From Coriobacteriia bacterium (lineage in GTDB: Bacteria; Actinomycetota; Coriobacteriia; Anaerosomatales; SLCP01), in assembly GCA_035685585.1 (NCBI GenBank), contig DASSAH010000346.1, positions 1-46,845 of the forward strand: a stretch of 46,845 nucleotides of DNA, read 5' to 3'. This document shows positions 23,304 to 32,198 of this stretch, piece by piece; position 1 is the first letter of the stretch; every line of letters begins with the position of its first letter. A model generated the notes under the pieces. The model did no database searches, was not told the origin of the DNA, and saw only the letters and a list, made by a program, of their open reading frames with translations. Made by a program: the position numbers and the translations under genes.

Positions 23304-24958
23304 GCCTGCTGTCGCGCCTTTTCCCGCCCCGCGTGGCCCGCCCCGCCGCTGACCCTGTGCGCCTGCAGGCTCGGCTCGACCTCATGCAGTCGGCCATGGG
23401 ATCGCTCTGGTCCTGGCAGGGCGGCTACTCCGGAACCGGCTGGCGCGGCGACAAGTTTTCTGGCGCCCTCTCCTACCCTTCCGGCTGGAGCTTCGATCAC
23501 TACGAGCTGCGCCGACGCGCGCGCATAGCGAAATGGGACAGCGTGCAGGCCCGCGCTCTTGGCGACCGCCTCGAGACAAACGCCGTCGGGACCGGGCTCC
23601 GCCTCGAATCGACGCCCGCCTGGGGCATTCTCGGCGAGCGCAGCGAGGAAGAAAAACAGCGGTGGACCCGCGATGTCGAAACGCGCTGGCACCTGTGGGC
23701 GCGGAGCAAAGAGGCAGACTCAACGGGCCGCCTGTCGCTCTACGGCCTGACCTCGCTCGTGTTCCGCACAGCGTTTGACGACGGAGAGCTTTTCCCAGTA
23801 CTCCGCTACTCGGCCGACCGCGGCCGTATGTCGCCGCTCTCGATCCAGCTCGTCGACGCCGACGCGATCCAGCAGCCGCCGAAAATCCGCAAAGGCGCCC
23901 GCATCGTCGACGGCATCGAGCTCAACGAGATGGGCGCCGAGATCGCCTACCACGTGCTCGACGCCGAGACCGCGAAATACACCCGCGTCCCGAAATACGG
24001 CGCCGCCTCCGGCCGTCTTTTCATGCTCCACGTCGGCGCGCCCGACAGGCCCGGCGAGGTCCGCGCGATCTCCCGCCTCGCGCCGATAATCCACGAGCTG
24101 CAAAAACTCACCGACTATCAGGTCGCCGAGATCGAGGCGGCTGTCATCAACGCCAGCTTCGCGGCGTCGATCGAGACGGACCCGGAGGGCGATGCGGGCA
24201 GCGTGCTCCAGGGCGTCGTCGAGCGCGGCAGCTCGCAGGCCGAGACCGACGCCGGAGACACGCGCACCGCGCCACCGTCGTTCGGCTGGTTCAACAAACC
24301 GGGCATCTTCCTCGAGCGGCTGAAAAAGGGCCAGAAGCTCGTCGCGCACGACACGAAACGGCCCAACGTTAATTTCGAGCAGTTCGTCAAGGCGTGGCTC
24401 CGCGGCCTGTCCGCGTCGCTCGGCATCCCCGTCGAAGTGCTCGAGATGAGTTTCAACGCCAACTACAGCGCGAGCCGCGCGAGCCTGATCCTGTTCTGGC
24501 GCACGATCGAGAAAATGCGCGCGCAGCTCGCCGAGGATTTCCTCAACCCCGTTTTCGAGGCGTGGCTCGGCGAGGAAGTCGCGGCAGCCCGCATCATGGC
24601 GCCCGGCTGGGAAACGCCTCTGTTCCGCGCCGCCTGGGTCAATTGCGACTGGATCGGGAGCCCGCAGCCGAACATCGACCCGCGCGCCGAGGCCGACGCC
24701 GCCGAGAAAAACATCGCGCTCGGTCTGACCACGCGGGCCCGCGAGGCGAGCGCGCTCAACGGCAGCGATTTCGCCGACAACGTCTCGCGGCTCAAGGTCG
24801 AAAACGACGCGCTGGCCGCGGCGCAGGAGAGCCTGCAGCCGCCGTCGCCGGAGCCGCCAATAGACGCGCGCGTTGCCGCGCGATTCGAGCAACTCGAGTT
24901 TGCGCTCGAGGAATTGCGGGCAGGTCATAACGACATAGCAGCTGGGGTGCCGTCCTGA
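23300..24958 (+). CDS. Portal protein (lambda gpB family)
   Basis: 552 aa, correct position and size. Sequence character of lambda-family portals (…DHYELRRRARIAKWDSVQARAL…). Confidence 0.85.
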   Translation: MSLLSRLFPPRVARPAADPVRLQARLDLMQSAMGSLWSWQGGYSGTGWRGDKFSGALSYPSGWSFDHYELRRRARIAKWDSVQARALGDRLETNAVGTGLRLESTPAWGILGERSEEEKQRWTRDVETRWHLWARSKEADSTGRLSLYGLTSLVFRTAFDDGELFPVLRYSADRGRMSPLSIQLVDADAIQQPPKIRKGARIVDGIELNEMGAEIAYHVLDAETAKYTRVPKYGAASGRLFMLHVGAPDRPGEVRAISRLAPIIHELQKLTDYQVAEIEAAVINASFAASIETDPEGDAGSVLQGVVERGSSQAETDAGDTRTAPPSFGWFNKPGIFLERLKKGQKLVAHDTKRPNVNFEQFVKAWLRGLSASLGIPVEVLEMSFNANYSASRASLILFWRTIEKMRAQLAEDFLNPVFEAWLGEEVAAARIMAPGWETPLFRAAWVNCDWIGSPQPNIDPRAEADAAEKNIALGLTTRAREASALNGSDFADNVSRLKVENDALAAAQESLQPPSPEPPIDARVAARFEQLEFALEELRAGHNDIAAGVPS

Positions 24959-25266
24959 TGGACATCCACCTGCTTATAGCGATCCTTTCTGGCCTTGCGA
25001 GTCTGACGGCAATCTCGGCGTTTGTCACAACCCGGAGGCGAGCAGCGATGGAAGAGGGCAAGCGCAACGAGCAGATCGAGCAGCTCAAGCGCGACCTCGC
25101 GCGCGCCCATGACCGCGTCGAGGCGCTCGAGCACCGTCTCGGAGAGCGGGATATCGACGTGGGGAAAATCGTCACGAAACTGAGCGCGCTTCTCAAAGCC
25201 GTCGACGGGATGTCCGCGAAGATAGACCGGCACCTCGAGGCGCATGCCGCGGAGGCGAGAGGATGA
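24958..25266 (+). CDS. Type II membrane protein with coiled-coil (102 aa)
   Basis: N-terminal TM helix LLIAILSGLASLTAISAFV, then a heptad-rich EQLKRDLARAHDRVEALEHRL segment. Confidence 0.6.
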   Translation: MDIHLLIAILSGLASLTAISAFVTTRRRAAMEEGKRNEQIEQLKRDLARAHDRVEALEHRLGERDIDVGKIVTKLSALLKAVDGMSAKIDRHLEAHAAEARG

Positions 25267-25754
25267 GCGAGCGGATCCTGCAGACCGACCCGCGCCTCGA
25301 GAAGCCCGCGCCCGGATTTGGACGCTACGGCTGCAACGCGCGCTCGACGCTCGGCCTCGTGGAGTCTTTTGTGGGCGCGCCGCTCACCCTCGATCAACTC
25401 GTCGAAGCGCTCGCGCAGATGCGGGATCTGGTCAGCACCGAATGGGCAATGAACCAGGAGCGCAGTTTTCGCGACACGATCGCGATAGCGGCGCGCCTTT
25501 TTTCACGCCCCCGCGTGCGCGGCGAGCAGGTCGGAAAAGTCTACATCGACGAGCACGGGCTGACGCGCCTCATGCTGTGGGGCGGCTGGGGATCGTGGAC
25601 CGCGAGCATCCTGCACTACAACTCGCAGGGCGACGACGGCCACTACATCGAGGGCGACCGATGGCTGCGCGTCGTGTTCGACCCGGCGCCCGAGACTCGG
25701 ATCACGACGATCCGCGAAGTCCTTTTGTATCGACTGTGGGAGGAAGCCGCATGA
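25263..25754 (+). CDS. Hypothetical protein (163 aa); possible Cys/His peptidase and lysis-enzyme candidate
   Basis: The GRYGCNARS cysteine and DDGHYIEGD histidine are in an arrangement compatible with a papain/NlpC-like fold. It sits directly upstream of a holin-like gene (ATGA coupling). Assignment is weak. Confidence 0.3.
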   Translation: MSERILQTDPRLEKPAPGFGRYGCNARSTLGLVESFVGAPLTLDQLVEALAQMRDLVSTEWAMNQERSFRDTIAIAARLFSRPRVRGEQVGKVYIDEHGLTRLMLWGGWGSWTASILHYNSQGDDGHYIEGDRWLRVVFDPAPETRITTIREVLLYRLWEEAA

Positions 25755-26020
25755 ACTGGGAGCTTGTGACCGTCGGCGTTTTCGTCGTCGTCGGCCTGAT
25801 CGAGTACGTCAAGGGATTCTTTCCGCAGGCGAGCGCGAGCACCTGGCGCGTGGCGATCGTGCCCGCGTCGTTTCTCGCCGCCGCGGTCGGGCAGATCGCT
25901 ACTCTGCAGCCGGTCTGGCCCGGCGTGCTCCTGCACGGACTCGTGATCCTCTCGGCCTCGCAACTCGGCTACCAGGTCGTCGTCGAGGCGGTCAAGCGCA
26001 GGCTCGGGGGCGTGGCGTGA
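25751..26020 (+). CDS. Holin-like membrane protein (89 aa, three predicted TM helices)
   Basis: MNWELVTVGVFVVVGLIEYVK..., two further hydrophobic helices, and a charged C-terminus EAVKRRLGG. Confidence 0.55.
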   Translation: MNWELVTVGVFVVVGLIEYVKGFFPQASASTWRVAIVPASFLAAAVGQIATLQPVWPGVLLHGLVILSASQLGYQVVVEAVKRRLGGVA

Positions 26021-27048
26021 AAATCATCCCGATTTCCGGCGTGATCGGGCTCGACGTGTCGCCAGGCGACATTCGTGCCGCACTTGTCGACGCTGGCGAC
26101 ATCGACATCGAGATTTCCTCGCCGGGCGGCCTGATATTTCCCGCGCTGGAGATTTTCAACCTGCTGCGCAATCACCGCGGCAAGGTTACGGCGCACGTGC
26201 TCGGCATCTGCGCGTCTGCCGCGTCGTACATCGCGATGGCTGCCTCGCACGTTCGCGGCGAGCGCGGGACCATCTGGGCGATCCACAACGCGCAGGGATT
26301 CGCGGCCGGCGACCACAACGCGATGCGCAAGACTGCCGGGATCTTTGAGGGAATGTCTCGCCTGCTCGCGCGCGAGTACGTCGCCAAAACCAAAAAGACC
26401 GACGCCGAGATCCGCGCCGCCATGGACAAAGAAACGTGGCTGTTCGGCGCGGAGGCCAGGGACTACGGGCTCGTCGACGAGATCGTCGGCCCAGAGTCCG
26501 ATGGCGACAGAGAGGCGAAGGTCGCCGAGGCGCGCCTCGCCGTGGCCGCTTGCGCAAAGACGGTCGCCGACCTCGAGACGGAAAGCGATATCGCGAAAGC
26601 GGTCGCTCTCATCGAAACGATCAAGCCCGGCGTTGCCGGGACCGCTGCCGCTGATCAGGCGGCACACATACACGAGGAGGGACAGAGAATGACTCTGGAC
26701 CAGCTCAAGAAGGAGCACCCCGAAGTGTACGCCGCAGCCAAGATGGAAATCGAGGCGGCGGCGGAGGATCGGGGCGTCAACAGGGAGCGCTCGCGCGTGA
26801 ACAGCCTGCGCAGGTGGAACAAGCCCGCGTGCGCTGACATCGTCTCGGGTGCGATCGTGAGCGGAGCGACCGAGGGAGACGTGCTGCCGCAGCTCATGGC
26901 CGCCATGGGCCCGCAGGCGAACGACACGCCGCCGCCGGTCAACCCGAAGAAGCCGGACAACGGCGCGGGCGCCGAGGGCGAGGCTCTGACCGAGGAGAAG
27001 GTCGTCGCCGAGATGCACGCCCTGCTCGGCAAAAAGGGAGGCAAGTAA
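26017..27048 (+). CDS. Prohead protease (ClpP/S49-type) fused to a C-terminal scaffold domain
   Basis: IEISSPGGLIFP...GICASAASYIAMA...DYGLVDEIV, followed by a long helical charged C-terminal half. Confidence 0.85.
   Translation: MKIIPISGVIGLDVSPGDIRAALVDAGDIDIEISSPGGLIFPALEIFNLLRNHRGKVTAHVLGICASAASYIAMAASHVRGERGTIWAIHNAQGFAAGDHNAMRKTAGIFEGMSRLLAREYVAKTKKTDAEIRAAMDKETWLFGAEARDYGLVDEIVGPESDGDREAKVAEARLAVAACAKTVADLETESDIAKAVALIETIKPGVAGTAAADQAAHIHEEGQRMTLDQLKKEHPEVYAAAKMEIEAAAEDRGVNRERSRVNSLRRWNKPACADIVSGAIVSGATEGDVLPQLMAAMGPQANDTPPPVNPKKPDNGAGAEGEALTEEKVVAEMHALLGKKGGK
26689..27048 (+). CDS. Nested in-frame scaffold protein (Nu3-like internal start)
   Basis: In-frame ATG at 26689 preceded by GAGGAGGG at canonical spacing. 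Analogous to lambda C/Nu3. Confidence 0.5.
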   Translation: MTLDQLKKEHPEVYAAAKMEIEAAAEDRGVNRERSRVNSLRRWNKPACADIVSGAIVSGATEGDVLPQLMAAMGPQANDTPPPVNPKKPDNGAGAEGEALTEEKVVAEMHALLGKKGGK

Positions 27049-27049
27049 C

Positions 27050-27451
27050 ATGCCTATCATCAACAGCTTTCTCGACAACCGGCCGATCGTGCTGCGCGGG
27101 GACGCCTACGAAACACGCATGCTGACCGCGGCCCAGGGCGACCTCGTCATCGGCACCGTGCTCGGCGTCGTGACCGCGACCGGCAACCTGCGCGTCTGCG
27201 GCATCGGCAACGGCGACGGCTCGCAGGTCGCGCGCATGGTGCTCGCGCAGGACGCGCCGAACGCGGCCGGGACGCAGAACGTGCGCGTGCTCATCGCGGG
27301 CATGGTCGACGGCGATCAGCTCACGTTCTCCGGCGTGGAGACCCAGTTCTCCGTCGTGGCCGCCACCAACCTGACCCACCGCGACAGCCTCCGGGCCAAC
27401 GGGATCACCGCCATGCACGGCGACGATCTGCTCGCCTGGGACAACACCTAA
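27050..27451 (+). CDS. Head decoration protein (lambda gpD-like)
   Basis: 133 aa, immediately upstream of a gpE-like capsid gene. Gly/Val-rich beta character. Confidence 0.7.
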   Translation: MPIINSFLDNRPIVLRGDAYETRMLTAAQGDLVIGTVLGVVTATGNLRVCGIGNGDGSQVARMVLAQDAPNAAGTQNVRVLIAGMVDGDQLTFSGVETQFSVVAATNLTHRDSLRANGITAMHGDDLLAWDNT

Positions 27452-27467
27452 GGAGGGGTGAAAAAAC

Positions 27468-28544
27468 ATGGCTGACCTTTTCCGCCGTGCGATGGCGCCT
27501 GCTTTCGACGAGCTCGTCAAGCAGGACGTCACGAGGCCCCGCTTTCTGCAGGGCTACTTCGGCAAAAACCCTGGCGAAATCGTGCGCAGCGAGACGGAGC
27601 GCATCGAGTTCGACAGCCTGCGCGTGACCCGGGCGATCGCGTCCGACGTGGCCCGCGGCTCCGGTGATTTCCACAAGAACACCGTGGGTGTCTACACCAA
27701 CAAGGACATCCTGGTGCCGCTCTACAACGAGAAGGCGCCCGTCACCGCGAGCATGCTCAAGAAAAGGATCCCCGGCGTCGAGCCCTTCGCTGCGGTGTCC
27801 GACATGGCCGCGCGCGCCTACTGGTGCGCTCACGTCGCCGCGCTCCAGGCGCTCAAGATTTTCCGCGCCATGGAGCTGCAGGCCGCGCAGGCGCTCACGA
27901 CCGGCATCATCCTGCTCAGCAACGGCGTGTCCCTTGACTGGGGCAAGGTCGCGAGCCACGCGATCACCCCGGCCGTCAAGTGGGACGTTGGCGGAAGCAA
28001 CCCGATCAACGACATCGAGGCCGCCTGCGACATCAACCGCGCTGATGGGTTCGCTGGCTACGCCGTCGACGTCATCATGGGGCAGACCGCGTTTAACGTG
28101 TTCATCAACAACGCGGCCGTGATCGCTTACATGAATGGGCGCTACATCGAGCCAGGCCGCATGGCCCCCGGCACGCTCCGCGATGGCGCGCGCGCGTGGG
28201 GCTCGCTCGGGATCGGCCCGTACATGGTGACGGTCTACGTCTACAACGACAGCTACGTCACCGGAGGCGTCGACACCCCGTACCTCACCACGGACACGGT
28301 CATCGTCATGGATCCGAACGCGCACCTGGTCAAAGGGTTCGCGGCGGTCGAGATGCTCCAGGAGGTCGCGGAAATGTACCGCACCTTCGGGATGCCCGCG
28401 ATCCCGCAGGCCGAGGTCGGCGACGTCGTGCCCTACGCCTACCCCGAGTGGCCCGGGACTCTGTGGGCCGGCGTGCAGTCCGCTCCGGTGATGGCGCCGG
28501 CGGCGATCGACACGATCAGCACGCTCGTCAACGTCGACACGTAG
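27468..28544 (+). CDS. Major capsid protein (lambda gpE family)
   Basis: 358 aa, AGGAGG SD. Position and sequence character of the Phage_cap_E family. Confidence 0.85.
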   Translation: MADLFRRAMAPAFDELVKQDVTRPRFLQGYFGKNPGEIVRSETERIEFDSLRVTRAIASDVARGSGDFHKNTVGVYTNKDILVPLYNEKAPVTASMLKKRIPGVEPFAAVSDMAARAYWCAHVAALQALKIFRAMELQAAQALTTGIILLSNGVSLDWGKVASHAITPAVKWDVGGSNPINDIEAACDINRADGFAGYAVDVIMGQTAFNVFINNAAVIAYMNGRYIEPGRMAPGTLRDGARAWGSLGIGPYMVTVYVYNDSYVTGGVDTPYLTTDTVIVMDPNAHLVKGFAAVEMLQEVAEMYRTFGMPAIPQAEVGDVVPYAYPEWPGTLWAGVQSAPVMAPAAIDTISTLVNVDT

Positions 28545-28556
28545 GAGGCAGGAATC

Positions 28557-28862
28557 GTGAAGCCGACCAACGACTACGTTGCCGTCCGCGCTATCACGAT
28601 CAAGCGTCGTTCGTTCCCGGTCGGTAAGCCCTTCCCGGCTGCCGACCTGGGAATCGACGAGCGGTCGTTTGACTCGCTGGTGCGCGACGGCGTGCTGATC
28701 CCGCACGCGAAGTTCAAGGCGCCCGATCCTGAGAAGCCGGACGGGCTCGAGAAGTGGCCGCGGCTGAAGCTGATCGGCCGTGCCAGTGAGCTTGGGATCA
28801 TGGGCGTCGAGGCGCTCAGCAAGAGCGAGTTGATCCGCGAGATCAGGAGCCGCAGAAAGTGA
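28557..28862 (+). CDS. Hypothetical head-associated protein with Rho_N/SAP-like C-terminal motif
   Basis: C-terminal LKLIGRASELGIMGVEALSKSELIREI. GTG start with AGGAGG. Confidence 0.55.
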   Translation: MKPTNDYVAVRAITIKRRSFPVGKPFPAADLGIDERSFDSLVRDGVLIPHAKFKAPDPEKPDGLEKWPRLKLIGRASELGIMGVEALSKSELIREIRSRRK

Positions 28863-29197
28863 GCCTGCTCGAGGACGTCGAGGCCGACAACGCGATCCTG
28901 GTCGAGGGCGACCTCGCGCGGACGGTTACGCTCACCGATCCGGCCGGCCCGGTGTACTCAGTGCTCGGGATCGTGGCGCGCATCGGCGCGAGCATCGACC
29001 CCGGTACGGGTCTGCGCGTGCCTGGGGCGCAGACGGAAATCACGGTGCGACTTTCGGCTCTCGGTGTAGGGATTGTCCCGGCCGAGGGCTGGGAGGTCGC
29101 GACGACGGATGTCACGGGCGGCGCCGTGACTGGCAAGATCAAGGGCGTCATGCTCGACCGGATGGCCGGTCGGGCGACGTTCTACGTGAGGGCGTGA
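28859..29197 (+). CDS. Structural protein in the head-tail connector region (112 aa)
   Basis: GTGA-coupled, positioned between the capsid and sheath genes. No specific family asserted. Confidence 0.55.
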   Translation: MSLLEDVEADNAILVEGDLARTVTLTDPAGPVYSVLGIVARIGASIDPGTGLRVPGAQTEITVRLSALGVGIVPAEGWEVATTDVTGGAVTGKIKGVMLDRMAGRATFYVRA

Positions 29198-29198
29198 C

Positions 29199-29795
29199 GT
29201 GGCGGACATCGCGCGCGACTTTCCCGACACGCTGCTCGACTCGATCGTCGCGGCGCTCTCTGCGTTCTCTCTCTCGCAGACTGCGGCCGTTCGGTTTAAC
29301 GCCGAGCGCGACCGCAGCCGCCCGCTCGACCGGGGCGACCTGCCGCACGTCAACGTCTGGACGCCCGACGAGCGGCCCGAGGATGGGCGCAGCGCGCGTC
29401 AAGTGCACGCGGCGCTTGTGGTCACGGTCAACGTCGATTGCGTTACCGGCATGGAGGCGGGCGACACCGACGAGAGCGACGTCGCCGCCGCGACCCGGCT
29501 GCACTACCTGCGCGCGCAGGTGCGGCATGCGATCTACAAACTCGCCAACGCCGATTTCGGGTACGCCGCAGGCGTCATCGCGTCGAAGTCCTGGCCGCGC
29601 TGGCAGCAGTTCCCGGTCGATGGCGACGCGAAACACGAGGAGCAAATCATCGGCGGCCTGCTGAGCTTCGACGTCGAATACGCCTGGCAGCCGCAAGATA
29701 TCGACCACGATCCCCTTACAAGCGTGAGGGTCAGCGACGACACGGCGGACATGTGGGCCGCCTACTTCGACACTCTTCCCGGAGGTGACACGTGA
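29199..29795 (+). CDS. Structural protein in the neck/tail-completion region (198 aa)
   Basis: Immediately upstream of the sheath gene, with a GTGA overlap at its 3' end. Confidence 0.55.
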   Translation: MADIARDFPDTLLDSIVAALSAFSLSQTAAVRFNAERDRSRPLDRGDLPHVNVWTPDERPEDGRSARQVHAALVVTVNVDCVTGMEAGDTDESDVAAATRLHYLRAQVRHAIYKLANADFGYAAGVIASKSWPRWQQFPVDGDAKHEEQIIGGLLSFDVEYAWQPQDIDHDPLTSVRVSDDTADMWAAYFDTLPGGDT

Positions 29796-31285
29796 GCGTT
29801 CAGTTTAGCTTGGTCGACCCGACCGCCAAGGCGTCGCGGGTATTCGTCGAGGAGCAGGCGGTCCGCAACTCCCTCGGCGGTCTGCTTATCCCGCACCGGA
29901 TCCTCGTGTTTGGTCAGTACAACGCGGGCAAGACGCCGACCGACAACGTGCCGCAGCTCATCCTGTCGCGCGACGACGGGGCGAACCGGTACGGCTACGG
30001 CTCGCTGCTCGACCTGCAGCTACAGGCCGTGTTCAAGGGCGCCGGGTCCGTTCCCGTCTACGCCTGCCCGCTCGCGAATGCCGGCGGGAGCGCCGCGGCT
30101 GTCGGTTCGATCAACGTCGACGGCAACGCGACGAGCGCCGGGACGATCGCGCTCTACATCGCCGGCAAGCGCGTCGCGATCGCGGTCGCAAACGGCGCGC
30201 TTGTGGCGACAATCGAGGCGGCCATCATCGCGGCGATCAACGCCGACCCGACGCTGCCCGTAACGGCCGCGGCCGACTCCGGCGACATCCTGCTGACCGC
30301 GAAATGGAATGGCCTCTCGGGCAACCAGATCACCATCGAGCAGGATCTCGCGGCGAGCGACGCCGGCGCGGAGCCTACGGGCGCGACGCTGACCATCGCG
30401 CCGATGGCGCTCGGCTCGGGCGACCCGCTCATGGCGACCGCCCTCGGGGCCCTCGGCGACGACTGGTACACCTGGATCGTCAGCCCGTACAACGCCGACG
30501 CGAGCCTCGACGAGCTGGAGACTGCCGGCGCCGCGCGCTCGCACCCGGCCGTCAATCGCCGATTCCTCGCGGTGGCCGGCTACACCGACACGCGAGCGAA
30601 CCTGCTGACCGCGCTGGCGAGCCGCAACAGTAACAGCACGAGTCTCATGCCGGTCGACGGCTCCCCGAACCATCCCGCGGAGATCGCTGCCGCGACGGTC
30701 GGCGTGTGCGCCGCGCGCGCTCAGGTGACGCCCGGGCGCCCGTACCGCGGGCTTGTGCTCCCGGACATCTGGCCGGGCTCCGCGCGCTGGACCTACAGCG
30801 AGCGCGACGCCGTGGTCAAGGCGGGCGGCTCTACCTACCGCGTCACCCCGAGCGACACGATCGCCGTCGAGGACATGTGCACCACTCGCACGCTCAACGA
30901 CCTCGCGGCAGCCGACTATGACTGGCTGTTCGCCGAGACGGTCGCGAACGTCCAGGCCAAGGTCTACTCGCTCGAGCAGGTTTTCCTGTCCGAGCCCTTC
31001 ATCGCCGGCGTGATCGTGGACGACGCGAGCACCACGAGCGCCAACTACGCGATCCGGCCGAAAACGGTCAAGGCGTACCTGGTGCAGCTCATCGACGAGC
31101 TCTGGGTGCCCTTCGCGCTGACAAAGGAGCGCGACGCCGTGGTCGCCGGGATCGTGACGGAGATCGACGGAGGCAACCCGAACCGGATCAACGCGATGGT
31201 GCCCGACGTGCTCGCGGCCGGGCTCAAGATCATCGCGGTGCTCGATCGCTTCAGCTTCTACGCGCCCGTAGGCGCGGCTGCGTAA
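29792..31285 (+). CDS. Contractile tail sheath protein (Mu gpL-like)
   Basis: 497 aa, followed by tube, chaperone and tape-measure genes. Sequence character of sheath proteins. Confidence 0.85.
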   Translation: MSVQFSLVDPTAKASRVFVEEQAVRNSLGGLLIPHRILVFGQYNAGKTPTDNVPQLILSRDDGANRYGYGSLLDLQLQAVFKGAGSVPVYACPLANAGGSAAAVGSINVDGNATSAGTIALYIAGKRVAIAVANGALVATIEAAIIAAINADPTLPVTAAADSGDILLTAKWNGLSGNQITIEQDLAASDAGAEPTGATLTIAPMALGSGDPLMATALGALGDDWYTWIVSPYNADASLDELETAGAARSHPAVNRRFLAVAGYTDTRANLLTALASRNSNSTSLMPVDGSPNHPAEIAAATVGVCAARAQVTPGRPYRGLVLPDIWPGSARWTYSERDAVVKAGGSTYRVTPSDTIAVEDMCTTRTLNDLAAADYDWLFAETVANVQAKVYSLEQVFLSEPFIAGVIVDDASTTSANYAIRPKTVKAYLVQLIDELWVPFALTKERDAVVAGIVTEIDGGNPNRINAMVPDVLAAGLKIIAVLDRFSFYAPVGAAA

Positions 31286-31297
31286 GGGAGGTAGCGC

Positions 31298-31684
31298 ATG
31301 GCGCAGGTAAGGGGCGGTGACATCCGGGGTTTCACCTGGTACGGCCGCAGTTTCGACCCGGCGGGAGGCGACGGAAACGTCAATATCGACCTCGGCGGCT
31401 ACACCAACGAGGCGGCCCCCACGGGCAACGGCGCGCTGCACGTCAACCAGCGGCGCAAGCTCGCGGGCTTCTCGGACTTCGCGATCTCCGTCGACGACGC
31501 CAGGCAGGACATCGAGTTCTTGCAGGGCAAGGCAAACGCTGGCGTCCCGGGCCCGTGCACGCTTACGCTCGCGAGCGGGATCGTCTACTCGGGCAACCTG
31601 CTGCCGATCGGCGATCTCGCCAAGGCGGGCGGTGACGGCCGCGCGACGCTCGAGGGCCGCGGAATCAAGTTCGAGCAGATATGA
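31298..31684 (+). CDS. Tail tube protein
   Basis: 128 aa, directly after the sheath gene, GGGAGG SD. Confidence 0.75.
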   Translation: MAQVRGGDIRGFTWYGRSFDPAGGDGNVNIDLGGYTNEAAPTGNGALHVNQRRKLAGFSDFAISVDDARQDIEFLQGKANAGVPGPCTLTLASGIVYSGNLLPIGDLAKAGGDGRATLEGRGIKFEQI

Positions 31685-32067
31685 CGGAGCCGAAGGTCGC
31701 GCGCGAGGTGGCGGAGTCGGAGGTGTCGCGCTGGGCGGAGTTGATGGAGGCCGATCCCTCGGCCTCCGATCGCGGCAACGTCGCGCGCGCCATTATGTCG
31801 GGGCGGCTGTCTCTCGACGAGGGTGCTGAGACGTTCCTGCTGCGGCTCCGCCACCCAATCAAGCTCGAGAACAAGGCGGAGTTCGACACGCTCACGGTGC
31901 GGGCGCCGACATTCCGGGAGTCGTGCGACGCGGCCAAGGGCAAAAACGATTCCGACACGACGCTGCGCCTGCTCGGCGCGATCACGGAGCAGCCGATCGG
32001 AATACTCGAACGGCTCCCGCAGAAGGAAATAAACCTGCTGGGGTCGCTGCTCTCTTTTTTCGGATAA
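31681..32067 (+). CDS. Tail assembly chaperone (gpG / P2 gpE-like)
   Basis: 128 aa, ends ...LLGSLLSFFG on a T-rich slippery sequence just before the tape-measure gene. Confidence 0.75.
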   Translation: MTEPKVAREVAESEVSRWAELMEADPSASDRGNVARAIMSGRLSLDEGAETFLLRLRHPIKLENKAEFDTLTVRAPTFRESCDAAKGKNDSDTTLRLLGAITEQPIGILERLPQKEINLLGSLLSFFG

Positions 32068-32198
32068 GGCCCAAGATGATTTGGGCCGTCGCGGCTCGTT
32101 ACGGATTCTCTGAGGCGGAAATGCTCGATATGCCCGCGCATCGCCTGCGCTTCTGGTACATGGGGCACCTGAAGATGTGGGAAGAGAAGGGCGAATAG
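31681..32198 (+). CDS. Tail assembly chaperone -1 frameshift product (gpGT / E+E'-like)
   Basis: A -1 slip on T_TTT_TTC (32055-32061) joins frame 1 to the ORF ending at 32198 (...FFRIRPKMIWAVAARYGFSEAEML...EEKGE), which abuts the tape-measure start at 32199. Confidence 0.65.
32055..32061 (+). promoter_or_regulatory. Programmed -1 ribosomal frameshift slippery heptamer T_TTT_TTC
   Basis: X_XXY_YYZ heptamer in the zero frame of the chaperone gene, 4 nt before its stop. The -1 frame is open for 45 more codons. Confidence 0.65.
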
